This document shows, piece by piece, positions 49,701 to 62,100 of a stretch of DNA of 64,000 nucleotides; the stretch's first letter is position 1; each line of letters begins with the position of its first letter. The notes below the pieces were generated by a model, which saw nothing but the letters and a program-made list of their open reading frames with translations, ran no database searches and was not told where the DNA came from. The stretch is taken from the NCBI GenBank assembly GCA_002269645.1, contig NIVC01000221.1:62001-126000 (forward strand), in the 5' to 3' direction. The DNA is from Macrostomum lignano (Eukaryota). A program made the translations under genes and the position numbers.

Positions 49701-50277
49701 TGGATAACGTAGAATCTATGAGTCATTTGAGCTAGATGATTCGGATTTTAAAGCTGTTGAATTGATACCAGGCTTCCGGATTCCTGGTCAGGTGAAAAGG
49801 ACATTAATATATTATTCAACTATAAAAATAAACATCATGGAAGTGCATAAACACGCAAAATTTCATTTTTGTTTTGGAATTCGTTAATAAGTGGAGAACT
49901 CTGCTCTGGAGAGTAGATGATGAACCCAAATTAACAGGTGAAATCCACAATGAGCGATGAGCAAATGGGCATCAGCCATTGCAGGTTTTGTGCTTTCAAA
50001 AGTTGCTGGTACTACAAAGATTACTGCAGGCATGAACTCAAAATTTACTGGTTGAATTTATTTTTAACGACTGAAACGCTATTGCTAAGAAATCATAGGC
50101 TGATGGGATGACACAAAAGTGGCTTCTCTTTCCCAAGACGCGCAATTGGACCGAAGAAATCATGCATTCTCTTTAGAGTTTCCACTGGTAGTATATAGCA
50201 GAGCAAAGGCCCCGGGCTTTTTCGCTCTCGAGAAATAGCAAAAATTAGCCTTTGATTGACTGTAGATAATGAGAAAT

Positions 50278-50949
50278 ATGATATCCATTTACAAATCGAC
50301 GGTTTTCCTCTGGGCCCTCCTGATTTGCGCGGCATGCAGGGTCGTCCGCTTCTCCTATGTTGGCTGCTACGTGGACTTCACTGACAAAGTCAGAGACTTA
50401 AACGAGCTAAGCGGAGTCAAAGATTGGAGAATTCGAAATCGTTAGCAGCAGGTGTGTGAGCAACACCGACATGTCGCACGAGCTCTGTAGCAGTGTGTGC
50501 TCACTTGGTGGCTTCGCTTTGCGTGCCTCTGCGGCTACTCCTTCGGATCTCAGGGCAAAGCCATGGAAAGCGACTGCCGCAAACAGTGCAAAGGAAACTG
50601 CGGAAGGAAACAGATCTGCGAAGCTCCGTACCGAAACTCGGTGTTCGCTCTGACCTACCCGAGTGAGTAGCCTCTGTTTTTGCGACGATTGACTTTCGAT
50701 TTTATCGACAGGAGGACCTTTCTGAAATCATGTACATCTGAAGCACAATCTGTTTCAGACAAAAACTTCTACAAGATGTTAAAGCATTCTAACCTCACTG
50801 TGGTGACCAGCAAGACCTCGTCCTGGCCGGCCGCTGCAGCGCCAGAGCCGACTGCCAGGCCGCCGTTTTCTCCCAGCGGCTGCTCGCCTGCCGCCTACTG
50901 GCGTTCGCCTACCCGCCAGCCAGCCTGGACTCTCTACCAGCGTGGCTGA
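50278..50949 (+). pseudogene. Frameshifted WSC + PAN pseudogene (J), C/I subfamily
   Basis: Both exons and the intron are recognisable, but there is a frameshift at gtcaaagattgg (about 50418) and several internal deletions in exon 1 and exon 2 relative to paralog I. Confidence 0.82.
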
Positions 50950-51174
50950 GTTACAAAGCACTTGACGAAACATTCTGGCATGATCAAACTGAAACTCTAG
51001 AGTTGTGCGGCGTTTCTGAACTTTGCAGTCTAATCGCATAATTCCGCCTGTCAAGCAATAAAACATTTTGTGGAAGTGCCTCAAAGTTTTAAAGAGATAA
51101 CATTTTCATAGGAAGTAACCTTTTCATCATTTTTTTCACCAACAAATGGCAATTAAATCGGCTTTTTAAGCTAT

Positions 51175-52075
51175 TACTGGCAATAAGTTGGGTCTCGACA
51201 ACTGCCTTGATTATCGCCGCCCTTTGGCGATCAGTTAGGGTCTTGGACTATCGTATCGCCCTCACAGAACAAATGCATCGGCTCTCGGTGACTATCGCAG
51301 ACGTCGGCACTAGACCGCCGAGGTAGGCGAACTGCTGACCTCGCGGAAGTTCCGTCGCATGTCCATAAGCGCTGCGGCACAAAGTCGCAGCTTTGATTTT
51401 ATTTGACACAGAGCACGAGGGTCTTTGCGTGTTGAAAATTGGACGGAAACTCCACGCAGCAACAGCCAGCTCGTCCAGATGTGGCTGGGCGCCCTCAACG
51501 GTTGAGACAACAGGACGAGATCGTCGGCGTAGCCAAGCTCGCTGAGTCGCCTCTCCAGTTGGTGTTGGCTCTTCAACAATTTCAGCTGTTCGCTTTACCT
51601 CGGCTGTCTGGTGCTGACTTCTTCGAGGATCAGAGAAGCTGCTATCGTTTTTACTAGGAGCAGTCGGCGGCAGCCAGTCAGGCACCAGAACAAACAAGAA
51701 CGATGCTAGCATATCTACCTGGAGCACCCCTAGTGATGCCTCGAAGAAGTCTGTTAGGCCGTCAGGTGTTGCCACAGCAGTGTTCTTGCTTGCGCGAGTC
51801 GGAGGAGGCCCTTGGCGGCTGTTAATCCGAAATTAGCACAGCCGACGTTGTAAGGCTCGACCAACGGTCGCCGTGTGGGAACGCGCTAGGTACAGACGGG
51901 GTGCCCATTGAAGCATTGTGCATCGTGCTGCGTTGCTCTGCGAGTAGAGTCGTCGAGGAGACTTTGATGCGCCAGTCGATCCTGCTTGTTTTCTCCCTAA
52001 AGTTCATGAAGGCATTCGACTGGACAACGTGCCACAGCTTCTGTTTCCGCTACTACGACGATGTAGATGTACTGT
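51175..52075 (-). mobile_element. Degenerate RTE-clade LINE fragment with an inverted 5' segment
   Basis: Minus strand 51175-51820: ATPDGLTDFF..GVLQ..LASFLFVLVPDW and LGYADDLVLLS, plus an RTE-like 3' end (gtcgagacccaacttattgcc). Plus strand 51825-52075: ALGTDGVPIEAL and RVVEE...FMKAFD. Confidence 0.65.
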
Positions 52076-53765
52076 AGCACGAAAGCTGCTGAAAGCACGT
52101 GAGCTCTGAAATAAACTCGGGCCAGTCGTCAAATACCCCGTGTTTATTGACACACCAACTGGAGAAAACACTCAAAGGGAAGAAGGCTTAGAGATCTATA
52201 AAATGGCGTGTCGACTCGGTCATATTGGCCCTGGACACTTGTATTACGAGGAGTAGGCTGACTGTGGAAGACTCCAAGGCTGATTTTGTCTCGACTTTTT
52301 GAAATTTTATTCAAACAAAGTCAACAATTGGGAAGGTCGTTTACTTTGCGTGTTGAAACATTTTCGCCTCCAAACTAGCAATCCATGCAGGTAGGATTTA
52401 TCATCCTTGATCAAAACTATAGCCAGTCACTTGTATATCGTTTAGAGGATTGTATAGTTAGTGTCAGAGGAATAAAAGTTTAAGCGAAGTTTTGAGAATT
52501 TATTAAACTTTAATATGCAGCAGAGATTGTCAAAATCGGTTGCAGTTAGACTGAAGTATGCCTTATTGCGTGAGAAAGTGCTCCAAGACTCGCCTAAATG
52601 TGTAATACGTTTGTATGTCCCGAACAGCGCCAGGAGCCGCGACACAGGGAGTTGCTGCAGTCGGTCTCGCTGGCCGGCCCCAGCGATCCATAGGAGGAGC
52701 CGCGCATGCACCGCGAGCCGCCCCTGCCACTGGCAGCTGACTTTTCTGAGACTCCTTGCTGGCCTCTCTACGAGTACTAGTAGGCCTTATTTTAGAGTTA
52801 CGACCATGCACAGATGTTTGATTATAACGGGCTACTCATGAAAAGATGAGCTGTCAATTAATACCGTCCTAGTCATCGCATCTCCATGTAATTCAAGCAT
52901 AAAGAAACAGTACAGGAACAATTGTCTGCTTTGCTAAAGTTTCGTGTCCATCTGTAACGCATGTGTGCGAGCAGTGGAAATCTGTTTATGGGTATTTGTC
53001 TATGGTTATGTTTCTATGGTTTTTGTCTAGGGTTATTTGTCTATCGGTGATTTTCAGGTAATTCTAAGCTGTCCCTTAGGCGCCAACCAAAACTGAGTAC
53101 ACAAACAAAACCTAAATTACAAAAGTCAGACAGGAAATGCTCACTCAACATGGTCTACTATCTAAGGCTCAATTCATTTTTATCACTAGAATTTATAGAC
53201 ATTACCTATAGTAGTTTAAAAAGGAAATTGTGTTCTGATTGTGGGGCAGGTTAGAAATCCAGGTCCGGTGTACACCCTCTGAGAACTTGAAACAGTGCCA
53301 TTAATGGTTTCAAAAGCGGTTGCAGTGCAAAATTCACCGAATTACCATATCCGGCAAGTCCATCTAAATTAAACAATCAATCTTGAAATTTTTAATATAA
53401 AGGACTCTATATTATCTACATGTACATTGCACCACACTTTGTCTTCGCGATTCAGCCTTAAAACCTCTTCCTGACGAATTGAAACAAGTCATCTATCTCA
53501 AAATCGAACGGGTGACCTGCACCGCAGGTCATAAAAAAACTTCTAAGTTTTGTCAACCTTCTGATCTCCCCACTTAAATAAGGATTATCTCCTCACCATT
53601 ACTCGCAATGAATTTTCAGTAAGCTTTCAACCTAGCTGATCGGTCCCTGATAGGCTCGTATTTTATCCAATAAAAATGAGACTGACGAGGATCATTGCTT
53701 ATAAATTTGTGTACAACAGAGGATTGACGCGCGTGATGGTCTTTAAACGACAGCCATCAGGCACC

Positions 53766-54652
53766 ATGGCGGGCGTTTCACCAGAGTTAGTTTTTCTCTT
53801 CGCTCTGCTTACCAGCACGGCCTGCAAGCTACTGAATCATTCCTACTTGGGCTGCTACGTGGACAACACGAACGGAAGTAGAGACATGACAGGACTAAGT
53901 GGCCTGAAACAATTAGGCAAATTTCATGTTCAGCCGGCTGCACCGCTAGTTAACAGTGACGAAATGACAATTGAGCTGTGCAGCAGCATCTGCTCACTGG
54001 GGAGGTTCTCGCACTTCGGCGTGCAGTCTGAAACCCAGTGCTTCTGCGGCAACTCATTCGGATCGCAGGGCGCCGCCGCCAAAGACGGCGACTGCAATAA
54101 AAAATGCAGAGGAAACCTGTGGCAGAAGTGCGGCGGCATCAACCGAAACTCTGTGTACTCCTTGAACTACTCGAACTTTAGTAAGCATGACGCAATGGTA
54201 CCGCATTTTCGATGTTGTGAACTGAACTCGTGGGTTTTGCTTGTTTAGTAGGAGTGCAGTTAAGTCTCGACTGACTCTGATACTTTTGAAACAGTCAAAT
54301 AAGATTCTCCAAATGCAATTTACGTGCCAAGAGTGTTTATTAAAGCCGAAGTGTCTTAGTTTAAAGTATCAGTGCATTCAACCACCAGATGATTCATGCT
54401 GTGCCTCTTTCAGAAAACCTTTACACGGTGGTAAAGAACAACAGCCTCTTCATCAAGACCGACGGCTCTAAGACGTCCTGGCGGCCGGCCGCTGCCCAGT
54501 CTGACGCGGACTGCCTGCTCCGGTGCAGCGCCAGAGCCGACTGCCAGGCCGCCGTTTTCTCCCAGCTCCGGCTTGAGTGCCACCTGCTGGCGTTCGCCTA
54601 CCCGCCAGCCAGCCTGACCGGACCCGACTGGACTCTCTACCAGCGCGACTAG
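53766..54652 (+). CDS. Secreted WSC + PAN/Apple-like protein, paralog K (2 exons, 217 aa)
   Basis: ATG at 53766 (ccATGg) begins MAGVSPELVFLFALLTSTAC. Exon 1 ends 54180, gtaagc donor, exon 2 54414-54652 after tttcag. Phase 1. Confidence 0.85.
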
Positions 54653-56367
54653 CGGCATAAAAACAGCATAGCAACGGCATAACAACAGCATAGCAACGGC
54701 ATAACGAAAGTCAGCAGTGACACTGAAAATACTTGAAAACATTTTTAGCAAACAAACCAACTAAACGCAGTCTAAGAAGTAAAATACACAAAGCCATCGT
54801 TAATGCCGAATTCTAAGACAGAGAAGTCTTGGCAAAATCTGCAGCATAAATCTAACGGTTTTAACAGAGCCTGTCTGCTACTGAAATCGCTACTCGATCG
54901 CTACCAGACCGAAACGAATAAGCCAAGAAAAAAAAGAAAGATAGGAAAAGTTGCTAGCAGCAGAAGACACCTCGCAGTGTCTCTCTGACTCTATGTGAGA
55001 GGAAGTGGCAAGAGGAAGTGCTGCTTCCTCGATTGAGCCACAGGCAGCAAGGGAAAAATTGCAAACAATGCCTGCTTCTATAGCCTTTATTAGAAACAGC
55101 TTCAGCTTCCCAGCTTCCTGAGAATAACTTTTCTCTCGCGTGGCTTGATTCACATAGAGACAAGATTTGCAAGCGAAGACACAAGGAGCAAGAATATGGA
55201 GCTACTTCTCTATAGAAACAACTTTTTTGGCTTCCTGAGCGAAAAATTTCCTTGTGCTCGGGTGACGCAAAGAAAGCAAGTAAAAAACACAAAAGAAGCA
55301 CAGAAACAAAGAGACAACTTTCTTCTCGAATGGTCTCAAAGCTACAAGAATAGCTCTAGTCAGAGAAAGAGTTGGGGTTGGATAGCCCGAGAAAGTTTTC
55401 TAGTCGCGGAAGTAGAAATTTACAAATTTTCTCCCCTGAGTCCCCTTCTTGCAGTCGCAATGGCGCCACGATGCTGGCACGGACTCTGCTACGAGTATTG
55501 GTATTGCGAGACAAAGCCTGGGCTGATACTATGGACTCGTACAATGTATATGCATTCGGGTTGTCTTTTATCGAGTGAAGATAATTTTCATACCTGTAAA
55601 ATTATTGCATCATCAGCGGATGGTAATAATTTTGTGGGCCTTTTTATGCATCACCTGCTGCTTTGATTAATCTGCTGACAAATCATTCACCTCGGCAGTT
55701 CAGCCTTGTACTCAACTAGACCCATACTCGACATGCATCTCCCTTTAGCGACTGCTTGTAATTTCGAAATCTTGAAGCTTTGATTTGACAAGGGTGGGAA
55801 ATTTTTTAATGCTTGAGGGAAGCCCTTAAGCTGCTAATATTTCGAGTTTATATACGATTTTCACGGTACAAATAATCTTTCAATATATTAGCCTTCAGTC
55901 GCAAGGAAACAACCCTTAAAAACGATCCTACCGTCCAAAAACGAGTTTGTGACTAATCGACAGCAAACAAAATTTTTCCATCGTTTTTTCAAATACAGCC
56001 ATCATGTAAATTAAGCAGAACAGTCGAGAATTTCTCAGATATCTGCCCTGCCTTTTCCCAGATTTGGTCTATGTGCAAAGCCTGCTATAATGTCATCTGT
56101 GCTTAGTCTATGGCCAAGAGTCCCCGGCCTGATGAATGAAATAAATAAGCAAGCAAGCAAGCCAAACAAAATCTCCGGTTCCAGAGTTGCAAAACTCAGT
56201 TCCTTTTGAAATGTCAGCTGATTGGTGCCTTCTAGATTATCCAATGCCGCTGGGGCTGGCTAAAACTATACTCTGCTAAGTAGCCATAGAAGCCGTTTTA
56301 AAACTGATCCTTGTGGATTTGAGCAGTTTCTGAAAATACAGCCATCAACAATAAACTTGAAAGTAAC

Positions 56368-57126
56368 ATGCCGCAAGTTTTGCAACTGACTATATTTTTC
56401 TGTGCTCTACTGACCTGCGTGATCTGCAGGATGGTTAATTACACCTATGTTGGATGCTATGTAGATTACACCGATCATGCTAGAGACTTGACCGCGCTAA
56501 GTGGAGTCACCCAGCTGGGTCCGTTCAAAGTTAATTCTGCTAACCAATTGATTCACAGCACCAGCATGACTCTCGAGCTGTGCAGCAGCGCGTGCTCTCT
56601 GGGCAGATTCTCGTACTTCGGCGTGCAGGTCGGTGTGCAGTGCTTCTGCGGAAACTTCTACGGATCGCAGGGCAAAGGAAACGAAGGCGACTGCAAGAAA
56701 GAGTGCACAGGCAACCCGCTGCAGACGTGCGGTGGCCCAAGTCGCAACTCGGTGTTTTATCTGAGCTACACAAACTTCAGTAAGCGGCTTTCGATATATT
56801 GGAAAAGTACACAAATCAGTTCTGTGTACTTTAGGCAATAAACTTCATCAAGCGACAAGCGTACATGCAAATTTTAACTTTTTTCAGAAAATCTTTACAC
56901 GGTGGTAAAAAGCAACAGCCTCCTCATCAAGACCGACAGCTCCAGGACCTCATCCTGGCCGACCGCTGCCCAGACTGACGCTGACTGCCTGCTCCGGTGC
57001 AGCGCCACAGCCGACTGTCAGGCCGCTGTTTTCTCCCAGCGGCTGCTCGCCTGCCACCTGCTGGCGTTCGCCTACCCGCCAGCCAGCCTGACCGGACCCG
57101 ACTGGACTCTCTACCAGCGCGACTAG
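56368..57126 (+). CDS. Secreted WSC + PAN/Apple-like protein, paralog L (2 exons, 216 aa)
   Basis: Exon 1 56368-56779, gtaagc donor, exon 2 56888-57126 after tttcag. Phase 1, open frame of 651 nt. Confidence 0.87.
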
Positions 57127-57475
57127 CGGCATAACAACAGCATAGCAACGGCATAGCAACAACATAGCAACAACATAGCAACAGCATAGCAACAGAATAG
57201 CAACGGCATAGCAACGGCATAGCAACGGCATAGCAACAGCATAGCAACGGCATAGCAACAACATAACAACATCCTAGTAACGGCATAGCAACAGCATAGC
57301 AACAGCATAGCAACAGAATAGCAATAGCATAGCAACGGCATAGCAACGGCATAGCAACAGCATAGCAACGGCATAGCAACAGCAGAGCAACGGCATAGCA
57401 ACAACAAAACAACATCCTAGTAACGGCATAGCAACGGCATAGCAACATCATAGCAACAGCATAACAACGGCATAC
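57127..57475 (+). repeat. 11-bp minisatellite (catagcaac(g/a)g)n directly after the paralog L stop codon
   Basis: About 30 degenerate units; a short version follows paralog K (54653-54705). Confidence 0.92.
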
Positions 57476-58462
57476 CGAAATTCAGCAGTGGCACAGAAAA
57501 TACTTGAAAACATTTCCAGCAAAACCACCAACTGAACGCAGTTTTAAAAGTAAAAAAATACACAAGGCCACTGTTAAAACATGAATTCTAAGACAAAAAA
57601 GTCTTAGCAAGAATCTAGCTGCAGCATAATTTAAACGGTTTTAATTAGGAAAACCGGTCTGCTACTCGCTTTGCTACCAGATCGAAACGGATGAGCCAAG
57701 AAAAGTTGCTGACAGGTGATAGCAGCCGAAACCTTGCATAGCGTCTCTCAGACTCTGTGCGAGAGGAAGTGGCAACAGGAAAAAGTGCTGCTTCCTTGGT
57801 TCAGCCACAACAGCAAGCGAAAAAACGGTATTTTTTATGGGCAAACAATGCCTGTCTCTGTCGCAAAGCTGCGATGAAGTGAAGCTGTAGAATCAGCTCC
57901 CCTCCCAGCTTCCTGAGAATAACTTCTTTCTCTCACGTGCTTTGATTGACAGAGAGACAAAGACTGCGAGCAAAGACACACAGCTATTTCCGTTGAATTG
58001 TCTTGTAAAAAGCAAGAATATGGAGCAATAATTTGTAGCTCGCAGCAGTCAGAGTGGCTGATCTCAGGTCTAACTACATTGCTCAGCCTAGTGTTTAAAG
58101 TGAGCCGAAATCCATCATTTCAAACGTTGATTTATTTTTGCCCTAAACTAGCGACCTGCGGACCCGACGGAGAGGCAACAAAAGAAAATATTAATAAACT
58201 ACATGTAGGTTTTGGCCTTCTACAGTCACTAAAGCCATCTATCTCAGCTTTTAGACACATCCGATTACCCCATGAATCTTTTATAATTACGTCATCAAAA
58301 CTCGATTAAAAAAACAAAAAAACAAAAGACAAAGTAATCGGTCATTTTTAAATAAAATATGTTAGCCCAAAGAATAGTTATATTATTATAGCAAATATTA
58401 ACCGTGTTGTCTTTGACTTTCATAAAGGCGCTAGGATAAGATAATTCAGGGTGGCGGGCACG

Positions 58463-58545
58463 ATCCTCGAATGAGCAGTTTGTCGCGATCGAAGCCCCAG
58501 TGTGAAGACACTTTTTATCGGCCGATCGGTCATGAGCTCGAGGAT
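58463..58545 (-). promoter_or_regulatory. SECIS element (type II) in the TrxR 3' UTR
   Basis: Minus strand: atcctcga-gctc-ATGAC-cgatcggccgat-AAAAA-gtgt-cttc-acac-tggggctt-cgatcg-CGAC-aaactgctcat-tcgaggat. Helix I atcctcga/tcgaggat (8 bp), AUGA/GA kink-turn core, helix II cgatcg/cgatcg plus extension, unpaired AA and an apical mini-stem. Folded by eye only. Confidence 0.75.
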
Positions 58546-59172
58546 GCTCAGGTGAGAGCAGGGGATAGGAGTGAGAGGGAGGTAGGTTTGTTAATAACCG
58601 GGAGCATAGTGAGCTATCCATGTAGGCGCATATAAAATACAAAATATATAAATTACTGATTAACTGAACTCAGCGATATTTAAATTCACATGCGGAATAA
58701 TATATAAAGGTCATCGCATGTACCGAAACTGAAGAACCAAATATACTGACAGCCAATTATTTTGCTGACGTGGATGGGTGATCGAATAACATGGGAAAAG
58801 TTTGCATCCATGTGTAAAAAACTGGCCTTTTTGTGAAAGAAACACAACAGATGACTCAATGATAGTTGAGAGTTGCTCTCCAAATTTGGGATATTCTTCA
58901 ATTCAGATTTAGTCCCATTTATTCTGATCACCCGGCCACCGTTATTTTAAAGACTAATTCTTTAGGAGGGAATGATAAAAATTAATCAACAATCAAGGCA
59001 TACTGGGTGACTCTACAGGAAACAAGGATCTTGGAGACAGAGAGGTGGAGGACAGAGTCATTAGAAAACTTGGAACAGGCGCAAGGCGCTACTCAACAAA
59101 CAAGCAGCTCAAAGCAGATTTGAGCAGTTAATTTGCGAGCAGCGCCAGTGCAAAAATGCCGCCTGTTCCAAG

Positions 59173-62100
59173 CTAACCTCAGCAACCTGTTGCGGCGGCG
59201 GACACTCCGCTGCCTTTGACCACATCCAGGCCGGTGAACCATTCGGCGTTGGTCGGGTGAATCCCGATGGTGTTGTCGAGGTCCCACTTGGTGGCGCCTG
59301 GATGGGAGAAAGTCGGGTTTGTTGTGCTTGCAAAGCTTTTCTTTTGCTAACCTGATTACTACAAGTAGAATTTAATGCTGAGGCAAATAATTATTCTATA
59401 AACATAATAATACTCGGCTCAAACACGTTTGAACGTTAAAGAATCGTCTTACTGACGACACAAAACCCTTGAGAAATAGATAGTGACTGAGTTACAGTAA
59501 AGTGCTCAACAGTTGCATAGTTATCTCCACAGCTACGCACCCTATGAGTTCATAGAATTTATGATTATTATCAGCATAGGCGGGCCTGATTGCAGGTTAA
59601 AGGTCGGGTCAGATAACTGAGACAACTTCAAAGCTGAATTTGTAGCTGGTGTAATCCATGGCGGGCAAGTTTTGGTTTGATATTTCACAGGCATGTAACT
59701 TGTAACTGTAATGAATCTTGTGACTGAGAAAGCTTACTGACTTTACCAGCAAACAATACACCAAAAAGGTCAGAAGGCAGCCTCTTAAACACAGAGGGAC
59801 TAAGACACCTTTAAGGACACCAAAAGACAAAAGGCACCCTCCTAAAGACAAAAATACAAAACGACGCCATTAAACACACACTAAGATGCAGCAGAAGACA
59901 CCCTCCTAAAGACAACCAATAAAGCCTAAAGACACACCGTCAAAGGCACACTAAGTGGCCAAAAAACACCCCCTTAAAGACACACCAATAAGGCTTAACG
60001 ACAACCCTAAAGACACATCAAAAGACCATAAGTCACCCCGTTAAAGACACAAAGAGGCCAATAGACACCCCTTGAAGACACTCCAGAAGAAGCCAAAAGA
60101 CACCCCTTAAAGACACACCAGAAGAGGCCAAAAGACACCCCTTAAAGACACACCAGAAGAGGCCGAAAGACACCCCTTAAAGACATACCAGAGAGGCAAA
60201 AAGACACCCGGCCTTAAAGACACACCAGAAGAGGCCAAAAGACACCCCTTAAAGACATACCAGAGAGGCAAAAAGACACCCGGCCTTAAAGACACACCAG
60301 AAGAGGCCAAAAGACACCCCCTTAAAGACACACCAGAAGAGGCTAAAAGACACCCCTTAAAGACATACCAGAGAGGCAAAAAGACACCCGGCCTTAAAGA
60401 CACACCAGAAGAGGCCGAAAGACACCCCTTGAAGACACACCAGAAAAGGCCGAAAGACACCCATTGAAGACACACCAGAAGAGGCCGAAGGACACCCCTT
60501 TAAGACACACCAGAGGCCAAAACACACTATAAACGAACTTGCAGAACAAAGCTCAGTGCCTCACCCTTCTTGAGTCCAAGAGCGAAGCCCTGCATCACTT
60601 CGCCGGCATTAGGGCCCAGGTAGTGCATGCCAAGAATCGGCTCGCGACCCTCCTGCCCCGGGGCCTTGGCGCACACCAGCTTCATGTAGCAGGCATTCTC
60701 GGGCCTGTGCGGCACAGTCCACTCCAGCGGATTGAAATTCTTGTGATAAACAATGACGCCGTCTTTGCCGAACTTCTCCATGGCGGCGTCCTCGCTCAGG
60801 CCGCAGCAGGAGTACTCCAGCGGGGTGAACACGGTGGTGGGCACCCCGGCGTAGTCGCAGTTCTCAGCTGATCCGCCATAGAGACGGCGGGCCAGCATGC
60901 GGCCAGCCTGCAGAACGGCATGGGACTTCTGCTGCTGCACTGGACTGCCTTTGAGTCCTCGCTGACTCCGCATCTGACTCTCACTGTCCCCCTGTCATCT
61001 CTCTACTTATCCCATAAACTCCCAGTCCATCCCATAAACTCCCAGTCTATCCCATAAACTCCTAGTCTATCCTATAAACTCCCAGTTTATCCCATAAAAT
61101 CCTAGTCTATCCCATAAACTCCCAGTCTATCCCATAAACTCCCAGTCTATCCCATAAACTCCCAGTCTATCCATAAACTCCCAGTCCATCCCATAAACTC
61201 CCAGTCTATCCCATAAACTCCTAGTCTATCCTATAAACTCCCAGTTTATCCCATAAAATCCTAGTCTATCCATAAACTCCCAGTCTATCCCATAAACTCC
61301 CAGTCTATCCCATAAACTCCCAGTCTATCCCATAAACTCCCAGTCCATCCCATAAACTCCCAGTCTATCCCATAAACTCATAGTCTATCCTATAAACTCC
61401 CAGTTTATCCATAAAATCCTAGTCTATCCCATAAACTCCCAGTCTATCCCATAAACTCCCAGTCTATCCCATAAACTCCCAGTCTATCCCATAAACTCCC
61501 AGTCCATCCCATAAACTCCCAGTCTATCCCATAAACTCCTAGTCTATCCTATAAACTCCCAGTTTATCCCATAAAATCCTAGTCTATCCCATAAACTCCC
61601 AGTCTATCCCATAAACTCCCAGTCTATCCCATAAACTCCCAGTCTATCCATAAACTCCCAGTCTATCCCATAAACTCCCAGTCTATCCCATAAACTCCCA
61701 GTCTATCTCATAAACTCACAGTCCATCCCATAAACTCCTAGTCTATCCCATAAACTCTCAGTCTATCCCACAAACTCCCAGTCTATCCCATAAACTCCCA
61801 GTCTATCTCATAAACTCCCAGTCCATCCCATAAACTCCCAGTCCATCCCATAAACTCCCAGTCTATCCCATAAACTCCCAGTCTATCCCATAAACTCCCA
61901 GTCTATCCCATAAACTCCTAGTCTATCCCATAATCTTCTAATATATCCCATAAACTCACATGAAATCTAATCCTTAAACTTGCTATCAATCTCAGTAGAT
62001 TATAATCTATCACAACACATTTATTTATCTCATTATCTCAACCATTCCCGCCAACCTGAATAGCCGCCGGCGTGAGCTGCGGACGGCCTTCAGCAGCGTC

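Noticed and set aside
52560-52860. GC-rich patch containing ctggccggcc, similar to exon-2 sequence
   Set aside because: Similarity is limited to a short palindrome, with no PAN cysteine pattern in any frame.
56125-56165. ctgatgaatgaaa as a minimal hammerhead core
   Set aside because: No stem II between CUGAUGA and GAAA and no closing stems I/III. It looks more like a retroelement tail ending in (aagc)n.
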